Under the pieces are notes generated by a model. It saw only the letters and a program-made list of their open reading frames with translations, searched no databases and had not been told where the DNA came from. A program made the translations under genes and the position numbers. Below are positions 5,844 through 12,556 of a stretch of DNA of 12,556 nucleotides, piece by piece. Where the stretch lies: contig JAZGFI010000024.1 in assembly GCA_036479435.1 (NCBI GenBank), positions 1 to 12,556 of the forward strand. Reading direction: 5' to 3'. Each line of letters opens with the position of its first letter. Positions within the stretch are counted from its first letter, which is position 1. Source of the stretch: Planctomycetota bacterium. Lineage in GTDB: Bacteria; Planctomycetota; GCA-002687715; DRQF01.

Positions 5844-7967
5844 ATGCACTCAGCCCTTCCGGATCATCACGACGAACGTGTCCGGCAACAACTGCTCAGC
5901 ACATTCGGCCACGATCTGCTGCGAGCAGGCCAACAGCGTGCTCTCGCGCCGATCTTGGATGGCCAGGACACGATTGTCGTCATGCCCACCGGCAGCGGCA
6001 AGTCCTTGTGTTTCCAGCTACCCGCCATGATAGACGAGGGACTGACGCTCGTCATCTCTCCGCTCATTTCGCTCATGAAGGACCAAGTAGACGGGCTGCG
6101 TGCCCTGGGCGTGGCCGCCAGGGCTTGGAACAGTCAGTTGAGCCGTGAAGAGTCTAGCCAGGTTTGGAATGAGCTCTTAAGCGGCGAACTGAAGTTTTTG
6201 TACTTAGCTCCCGAAAGGCTGGGCTCGAGTTCGTTTCTTAACGCCATTGAGAATCTCACGATCCGCTACGTCGCCATCGATGAAGCTCATTGCGTTTCTC
6301 AATGGGGCCACGACTTTCGCCCTGACTATCTGAAAATCGCGAGCTTTTTGGATCACATCGGTCGCCCGCAGACCTTGGCGCTCACCGCCACCGCCACGCC
6401 CAATGTCCGAGAAGACATCGCGAGGCAGCTTAAGCTGCGCGAACCCGCCGTCATCGTCACCGGTTTCGATCGCCCGAACTTGTCGTTTGCGGTGACAAAA
6501 TGCCGCAGTAATAGCGAGCGCAGCGCCCAGCTTTCGCGAGAGCTTAAGGCCGCCCCTCCTAACGGAGCCACCATCATCTACGTCGGCAGCCGAAAGAACG
6601 CCGAGAGTGTGTCGAAAGATCTGAACGAACAGGGCATGATATGTGGCTGTTACCACGCTGGTCTTCCGACGGCAGATAGAGAGCGCGAGCAAGATCGATT
6701 CATGTCCGGCGCTATCGACTTGATCGTCGCCACCAACGCTTTCGGCATGGGCATCGATCGCCCTGACGTTCGCCTCGTTGTGCACTGGGATCTTCCCGGC
6801 AGCCTCGAGGCTTATTACCAAGAGGCTGGCCGCGCCGGGCGCGACGGCGAAGAATCACGCGCGGTTATTTTGTTCAGCGAAGCCAGCCTTCGCCTCCACG
6901 AGTATTTTCACTCCATCGCGCATCCGCCGGATGAATTCGTGCTGCGGACCTTTCATTACTTCCGCGAAAGCCAAGAGTGCGGCGAAGTCGAGACCCGGGA
7001 TACCATCCGAGAACGCGGCGCTGACAACCGCGAAGCAAATCTTTTGGGAGCCGGACTCAACCGGCTCCAGGTACTGGGCTTTCTCAGTCGCACGCAGCAC
7101 GAAGGCGTCGTCGAGCTAGTTCGAGACGATGCGGACGCCCTGATTTCGGCTCTCGCCGACCCCGCCTTTCAACAACGAGCTGAATCCGATCGGCGCAAGC
7201 TCGACGCCGTCGCGGCCTACGCCCGCAGGCGGCGATGCCGTCGAAATGCACTCTTGGCCTGGTTTGAGGCCTTAGAGGACACGGAAAGCTGTGGCCGTTG
7301 TGACGTCTGCACGAGTCACGAAGGCGAAGGCCGCAACCTGGACGACAGCGAAACGGAACTACTTCGCAAAGTCCTAAGCGGGATTGCCCGCGCTCGCGGC
7401 TACGCCGGCCGCAACAAGATCGCCTTAATGCTGATTGGTTCGGCCGCGAAAGAAGTCCAAGGAACTTGGCTCCAAAACCTCTCCACTTTTGGACTTTTGC
7501 CCGAGCTAAACAAAGCAGGGTCCCTCGCCTGGATTGACGCCGCCGCCGATAGCGGTCTCGCCGAAGTCAGCGGTGATCGCTATCCGGTCTTGGCGATTTC
7601 GACGCTGGGAATCAAGGTGTTGAAAAGTGAGGTAGTGCCTCCGACCTTCGGGTGGCCCGCGCCGAAGAGTACTCGTTCTCTGAGAAAATCGACGGCGCAA
7701 CGCAACGGCTCTAGTCCCGACTCCGTCGTTATCCTAGATGCTGTGGGCGAGCGCCTCAATGAAAAGTTGCGCGCCTACCGCAGCGAGACCGCGCTCGCGG
7801 TAGGCCAGCCCGCCTACATCGTGTTCCCCGATCGCACACTTCGAGACCTCTTAGAAAAGCGACCGCGCAGCGACGACGAGCTGGAGGAAATTCACGGATT
7901 TGGGCCCGCTCGCCGCGAGCGCTACGGCCCGTCAATCCTCGCCATCATCGATGAAGAGGATGGCTGA
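5844..7967 (+). CDS. recQ: RecQ-family ATP-dependent DNA helicase with Zn-binding/RQC and HRDC domains
   Basis: Motifs MPTGSGKSLCFQLPA, SPLISLMKDQV, DEAHCVSQWGHDFRPDY, LTATAT, ATNAFGMGID, YYQEAGRAGRDG, CRR...CGRCDVC and the HRDC PAYIVFPDRTL. ATG 5844 is preferred because the 5679 start overlaps the divergent GGCT gene. Confidence 0.95.
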   Translation: MHSALPDHHDERVRQQLLSTFGHDLLRAGQQRALAPILDGQDTIVVMPTGSGKSLCFQLPAMIDEGLTLVISPLISLMKDQVDGLRALGVAARAWNSQLSREESSQVWNELLSGELKFLYLAPERLGSSSFLNAIENLTIRYVAIDEAHCVSQWGHDFRPDYLKIASFLDHIGRPQTLALTATATPNVREDIARQLKLREPAVIVTGFDRPNLSFAVTKCRSNSERSAQLSRELKAAPPNGATIIYVGSRKNAESVSKDLNEQGMICGCYHAGLPTADREREQDRFMSGAIDLIVATNAFGMGIDRPDVRLVVHWDLPGSLEAYYQEAGRAGRDGEESRAVILFSEASLRLHEYFHSIAHPPDEFVLRTFHYFRESQECGEVETRDTIRERGADNREANLLGAGLNRLQVLGFLSRTQHEGVVELVRDDADALISALADPAFQQRAESDRRKLDAVAAYARRRRCRRNALLAWFEALEDTESCGRCDVCTSHEGEGRNLDDSETELLRKVLSGIARARGYAGRNKIALMLIGSAAKEVQGTWLQNLSTFGLLPELNKAGSLAWIDAAADSGLAEVSGDRYPVLAISTLGIKVLKSEVVPPTFGWPAPKSTRSLRKSTAQRNGSSPDSVVILDAVGERLNEKLRAYRSETALAVGQPAYIVFPDRTLRDLLEKRPRSDDELEEIHGFGPARRERYGPSILAIIDEEDG

Positions 7968-7972
7968 CCCTG

Positions 7973-8551
7973 TCAAGAGTTCCGCTTTCGAAGCTCGAAG
8001 CGAGAGCTCTTGATCTTGTGCTTCTCTTCGGGTTTGGCCGAAGCACGGTGGCTAACCTCGACAATCATCCGACCGGGCTTATCGCCCTTTTTGTACTCGA
8101 GCCGAAACGCACGATCGGCTTTGTAATCCAAGTTTTCAAAAACCACGCCTTGGTCCGTCAGCGATATCGATGTGTAGATGTAGTGCATGGATTTGTCACC
8201 AAGACCCTGCCGCATCTCCAGCTTTAGGGCGCCCGATTTCAGCTCGACGATTTGGAGAAATTCCTGGTGGAAGGATGCCTTGCGGCCGTGCATCTGGCTC
8301 ATGCCGAGGATTCGGCCTCCACGAGGCCGAGACCAAGTCTCATCGATATGAAGCGGGCGACCGTCGGATCCGATTTGAGCTTCCCAGCCCCCGGCCATCC
8401 AGCTTAGCCGCTTCACGCCGGAATCTTTGCCGCGTTTGGCCCTTGAGACCGCTTTGACCGCCCCTTCACCCTGCGGCCTCGAATCTTGGACTCCAGCGCT
8501 GCTCAAAGCCGCTGCCAAACCCACCCCAAACTGCCGTCGACTGACCGTCAT
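7973..8551 (-). CDS. DUF6265-like exported protein with a twin-arginine (Tat) signal
   Basis: N-terminal SRRQF followed by a weakly hydrophobic stretch. The pattern LSWMAGGW...ETWSRPRGGRILGMS...EFLQI...VVFEN fits DUF6265. An AGGAG RBS lies at 8565-8561. Confidence 0.7.
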   Translation of the reverse strand: MTVSRRQFGVGLAAALSSAGVQDSRPQGEGAVKAVSRAKRGKDSGVKRLSWMAGGWEAQIGSDGRPLHIDETWSRPRGGRILGMSQMHGRKASFHQEFLQIVELKSGALKLEMRQGLGDKSMHYIYTSISLTDQGVVFENLDYKADRAFRLEYKKGDKPGRMIVEVSHRASAKPEEKHKIKSSRFELRKRNS

Positions 8552-8653
8552 GAAAAAGTTCTCCTGGTTCTTAGACCTTCTCTTTTACCTCTCGCAAGTG
8601 AGATCGTCCCCATCATTGACCTTGTTTTCGAACTGACCGGGAAGGATTTCTCC

Positions 8654-9919
8654 ATGAAGAGTCTGAATCAAAGCCTGATACTCCTGTGCGCTTTCGCCAT
8701 CACAACGGGGGCTTTCGCACAGTTTCCGCAGAACCAAGCACCAGATAGAGCACTAGAAAGCGAAGCCACGATCCAGCAACGCCTACTGGGTCAGTTTCTT
8801 TTTCGCAGTACCGATCTCAGTTTGGACGGCAGTCAAAGCTGCGCAACTTGCCACCGCGAAGACCGATCCTTCACGGATGGCTTAGTGGAACCACCCGGGA
8901 TCCTCGGCACCGGTGGCGGCCGCAACACCCCGACCTTGATTGCCATGGCCCACGTCAGCAAGTTTCCTGGCCCCACGGTTTCGAAGAAAACTCGCAGCCT
9001 GGTAACCAAAGTCATGACCCTCGAGGAGCGCTGCCTCGCCCCCATCGAAAACCCGCTTGAAATGGCGTCTTCGCTCAAGTCCGTTCTCGTGAAACTGCGC
9101 GGCATTGAGGGCATGAAAGCCAAGTTCAATGCCGCCTTTGGCCAGGCCTCGCATGGTGTCACAGAGGCCCGCCTCGGCAAAGCACTGGCCGCCTACGTTG
9201 CAAGCCTCAAGCCACGGCAGACAAGGTTCCACCGCTACCTCGCCGGCGACACCAAGGCCCTGAGTGAGTATGAGCGCCACGGGTACAGCACCTTCATCAA
9301 GAACGGCTGTGGCGCTTGTCACCATGGGATGGGACTCAGCGATGGCCTCATGCATGTCGCTTTTGTGCCCAACAGCCGCCGCGCGTTGCGACAAGTTACG
9401 CGGGCGAACGAAATTGCCTTCCAGGCCCGTGCCGAGCAAGGGGCACGATCATTGCGTCTTCCGCAGGGAGGCTTGGCTAAAAAGCTCTTCGATAGCCTGC
9501 CAGTGCGGAGGCAGGGAGGAATGTGTGGGACGCCGAGCCCCCAACGCGGAGGATACGGCGGCGGCACGACGCCGGGCCAGGCGATTGAGATGCAGACTCT
9601 CACCTTGTGGGATGTGAAGCGAACAGCACCGTATTTCCGCGACGGAAGCGAACCAGACCTGACGGAAGCCGTGGCTTTACATATTCGAGATCTCAAGGAA
9701 GTGAAATCGCAGCGGCGCAGAATCACTGAGGTTTTATCGGCCCAAAGCGCAGCTGGGAATCGGCCACCGCGCGAACTTAGGGTCAGCAATGCGTTTAGGC
9801 GAAAACTGAAAACGGCGCCGGACTTCAGCTCAGCGGATCTCGACGCGATGATCGCCTTTTTGAAAACACTGTCACCGGGCGCGCGGGTCACCAATAAGCC
9901 ACGCTTTTCAAAAGGATAA
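8654..9919 (+). CDS. Secreted di-heme cytochrome c peroxidase/MauG-family protein (atypical)
   Basis: A GGAAGGA RBS precedes ATG 8654, followed by a signal peptide ending AFA-Q. Motifs LGQFLF..DLS.DGSQSCATCH (heme site 8840-8854), RNTPTL, PIENPLEM, CGACH (9308-9322), TAPYFRDGS and MIAFLKTLS. Confidence 0.85.
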   Translation: MKSLNQSLILLCAFAITTGAFAQFPQNQAPDRALESEATIQQRLLGQFLFRSTDLSLDGSQSCATCHREDRSFTDGLVEPPGILGTGGGRNTPTLIAMAHVSKFPGPTVSKKTRSLVTKVMTLEERCLAPIENPLEMASSLKSVLVKLRGIEGMKAKFNAAFGQASHGVTEARLGKALAAYVASLKPRQTRFHRYLAGDTKALSEYERHGYSTFIKNGCGACHHGMGLSDGLMHVAFVPNSRRALRQVTRANEIAFQARAEQGARSLRLPQGGLAKKLFDSLPVRRQGGMCGTPSPQRGGYGGGTTPGQAIEMQTLTLWDVKRTAPYFRDGSEPDLTEAVALHIRDLKEVKSQRRRITEVLSAQSAAGNRPPRELRVSNAFRRKLKTAPDFSSADLDAMIAFLKTLSPGARVTNKPRFSKG

Positions 9920-9989
9920 GAACGAATAGCGACAGCAATTAGTGATTCGGCGCTAGCCTTCGGATAGACGACCATCCGGAGGCTTTCGC

Positions 9990-12428
9990 ATGTCGACCAT
10001 TTTGGAATTACTCCCGCTTTTATTTCTGTTCGGGATCGGCGGCGCCGTCGCTGCCATCCTATTTGGCGGACAAGCCCTCCGCTCATTTGACGGGGTCTCC
10101 GTCGCGACTCGAGGCCTCATTGTCGCCGGCGCTTTGATGTTTTTTCTCGGCATCGGCAGTTTCGTCAAGTACGCCGCAGACGAGAATTGGATCGGACCCG
10201 TCGAGCGGCTAGCCCTCGGCATGGCAGCTTCGGGCGCGGCAATCCTCGTGGGATTGCTGCCGACTTTTTCACGCTACGGAATTTGGTCGCGTGTCGTCAC
10301 CGGCGCCGGATTCGCCTCGTTCTCGGTTTGCATTCTTCTAGCCACGAACATCGTTGACGCCGCGGGCACGCCCCTGTGGCGACCCTTGTCGGCCCTTATT
10401 GGCCAACTCGTCGTGCACGCGATCGCCTTGGCGGTGGCTTACTGCTGGCGGCGGCCAGAGACCGCGGCGATTGCGCTCATCGGCGGTTTTTTGGGACCGA
10501 TCGTCTACGGCTTTCCCATGGTCAGCCCAATGCCTTGGGTTGCAATCGCATGGTTGGCGCTACTCGGCGGCTCGGTCGCCGTCGTCGCCCTCCCTCGGCG
10601 TTGGGCCGGGATGGAGTTGATAACGCTCATCGGCGGCGCTGCGAACGGGCTTTTGTGGTGGTGGGAGTTCGGTCACGACGCCGCCAAAACCCCCGGGCTC
10701 GTGTTCACAGCAATCCTGGGGATCACGGTGCTCGCTTGGACTTTGGTCAACTGGCTCCGCCGTCACCAAGACCACTGGAGTCGCAGTGGCAGTATCACAC
10801 TGGCCGGTCTGTATTTGATGATCGGCCTGTTCTTGCCCGGCTTACTCAAGGGTACGGCGCTCGGAGCCGCCTGGGTCTGTGCTGGCATCACTTTCGCGGC
10901 CGCGGGGGCGATCGTCCTTCACTTCGAGTCGAAAGCCCGTGTGCTCTTCGCCTGGCTACTGACCGGGTCTCTGGGTTCCTTCAGCTTCGCGTGGCTGGTC
11001 TGGTTCGACGGCGAGTACCAAATGACGATATTCGCCTTTCAAGCCCTGGCCCTGCGCCTGGCCGCATTGAGGCTGCCAGCGAAAGAACTCGGTACTCGGC
11101 GCGCGCTGAGCCTCGTCGCAGTGGCGAGTCTCGGCTTGGGTTCCGCCATGATGCTGTCGAAGATCGTCATGGACTCGATGAGTTTCGGCACTTTATTGGT
11201 CGTCATGCTCGGTGCCGCCGTGGCCGCTTTTTTGTCCGAAACTCACCGCGTTGTCCGCACTGAGAACTCCACTTGGCCCAGCAAGATCGCGGTTGGCGCC
11301 TACACTTTGTTCGCAATCTTCCCCGCCTTGATGGCGACCTGGCTTGAGTGCGACACGAGGGGCCGCGCCCTATTCCAGGTTCACGACTACTACCAACTTC
11401 TGCTTTGTGGTTGGGCCTTGGTCCTCACAACCTGGGGTGCTTGGCGTAGCCGTCCTCGCCTCATCGGCTTGGCATTTTTGTTCGCGTTAGCTGCATTCGC
11501 CAACACCATGGCGACCAATGACTGGGGACTAGCCGAGCTCATGTCACTGATGTTGGCACCTAATCTCAAAGTGGCCGCCGCGGCAGTCCTGACGCTGCTC
11601 GTGGTCAGTGCCGGCTTTCAGCTTGCCATTCATCGAGATCGAAGCGAAAAGCGAGTGCCGCAGCCCTTGATGAAGGTGCTCGCCGTGACCAGCACTTTGC
11701 TCGCCGTGATCATCGGTTACGGCACGATCAGTTCACAATTGTCACTAGCTATTCCCGGTACCTGGCCACCCACCGGAATCTGGGTCGGAACCGTCTGCAG
11801 CTTGCTCGCCTTTGCTTTGATGCGGCGCCCGCAAGTCGCCATCAGAATCAGTGCCGTTTGCGTGGGCACGGGGCTCATGACTCTCAGCGCTTTTTGCACC
11901 TTGATGACCCTGGTGGCCGCGCTGCACACAAATTCTCCCGGCTCGATGCCCGCGTGGTGGGCCCTAATTTTTGTCGCAGCTTGGTCCATGGTCGGACGAA
12001 TCCTTCGCCCCCTGGCCTCCGCAACCACGGCGAGATTCGCCTCGGCTTTGGCCTTCGTCCTTTCTCAGGCCACGCTGGCGGCAACGGTGACCCTTGAGAG
12101 CTGGCGTCTCACCAAGGATAGCGAGTCGATCGCCCCTTGGATCGGCCCCTTGTCAGATGCCGCTCCAGCCATCGCTTCAGCTGCCCTGGCCACACTCGCA
12201 CTCGTGCTGACGGCCTGGGGTTTCCTCCGCGCCGACCGTCGCTTCGAATGGATGGGCTGCGCGATTTTCTTCGGCGTCATCTTGAAGGTCTTCATCATCG
12301 ACGTTCCCAGCTTGCCGCCCGTCGCCCGCATCGTGTCCTTTCTAGCCGTGGGAATCCTCTTGCTCGCGGGTTCCTGGATTCGCGCCCGCTACGCCTCGGA
12401 TAAGACAACAATTGTCAGCCCGAACTAG
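9990..12428 (+). CDS. DUF2339-like polytopic membrane protein
   Basis: GGAGG RBS at 9978-9982 and many hydrophobic helices. Family-like ends: FFLGIGSFVKYAADENWIGP.ERLALG and ILKVFIIDVPSL...RIVSFLAVGILLL. Confidence 0.85.
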   Translation: MSTILELLPLLFLFGIGGAVAAILFGGQALRSFDGVSVATRGLIVAGALMFFLGIGSFVKYAADENWIGPVERLALGMAASGAAILVGLLPTFSRYGIWSRVVTGAGFASFSVCILLATNIVDAAGTPLWRPLSALIGQLVVHAIALAVAYCWRRPETAAIALIGGFLGPIVYGFPMVSPMPWVAIAWLALLGGSVAVVALPRRWAGMELITLIGGAANGLLWWWEFGHDAAKTPGLVFTAILGITVLAWTLVNWLRRHQDHWSRSGSITLAGLYLMIGLFLPGLLKGTALGAAWVCAGITFAAAGAIVLHFESKARVLFAWLLTGSLGSFSFAWLVWFDGEYQMTIFAFQALALRLAALRLPAKELGTRRALSLVAVASLGLGSAMMLSKIVMDSMSFGTLLVVMLGAAVAAFLSETHRVVRTENSTWPSKIAVGAYTLFAIFPALMATWLECDTRGRALFQVHDYYQLLLCGWALVLTTWGAWRSRPRLIGLAFLFALAAFANTMATNDWGLAELMSLMLAPNLKVAAAAVLTLLVVSAGFQLAIHRDRSEKRVPQPLMKVLAVTSTLLAVIIGYGTISSQLSLAIPGTWPPTGIWVGTVCSLLAFALMRRPQVAIRISAVCVGTGLMTLSAFCTLMTLVAALHTNSPGSMPAWWALIFVAAWSMVGRILRPLASATTARFASALAFVLSQATLAATVTLESWRLTKDSESIAPWIGPLSDAAPAIASAALATLALVLTAWGFLRADRRFEWMGCAIFFGVILKVFIIDVPSLPPVARIVSFLAVGILLLAGSWIRARYASDKTTIVSPN

Positions 12429-12556
12429 ACCTCGAACAAGCGCGCATTTTGACTTTGGGGTCGTGACGAGAAGGATTGCCGTCGAGGCGTACCGCGTCTG
12501 CAGTACGTTGAAATCGGTCGGGTTCCATTGATCACGTTTTTCACCTTGCAGTACGC

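Noticed and set aside
4216..9919. Methanobactin-like cluster (MNIO plus MbnH-like di-heme protein)
   Set aside because: The genes are separated by recQ and lie on opposite strands; no MbnA-like peptide, MbnP or TonB-dependent transporter is seen.
101..12403. Numerous antisense and alternate-frame ORFs in the track (e.g. 4997..5713+, 9319..10086-, 10376..11263+)
   Set aside because: They are shadows of well-supported genes in GC-rich DNA and carry no recognisable motifs.
12425..12556. Possible 3' end of a convergent minus-strand gene (...RPQSQNARLFEV*, TAG at 12427-12425) and a 9-bp direct repeat TGCAGTACG (12499, 12547)
   Set aside because: Only 43 codons are visible with no recognisable domain, and two short repeat copies are not enough to call an array.

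Overview
GC-rich bacterial DNA. From the left: a complete, apparently intact group II intron on the minus strand (2..1946; RT/maturase without an endonuclease domain) sits directly against a perfect 31-bp-arm palindrome. Next is a minus-strand run of four genes: a gamma-glutamylcyclotransferase (GGCT)-fold protein that seems to need a non-canonical ATC start, a divergent DUF692/MNIO iron enzyme, a putative MNIO partner protein and a class I/II PLP aminotransferase. Then come a RecQ-family helicase, a Tat-exported DUF6265-like protein, a highly atypical secreted di-heme CcP/MauG-family protein and a DUF2339-like membrane protein. The best candidate for an undescribed system is the translationally coupled GGCT + MNIO + partner cassette, which has an altered iron-ligand set and no visible precursor peptide. 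Secondary candidates are the di-heme protein with substituted key residues and a non-class-C intron inserted at a hairpin. Family calls come from motif recognition by eye; no searches were run.
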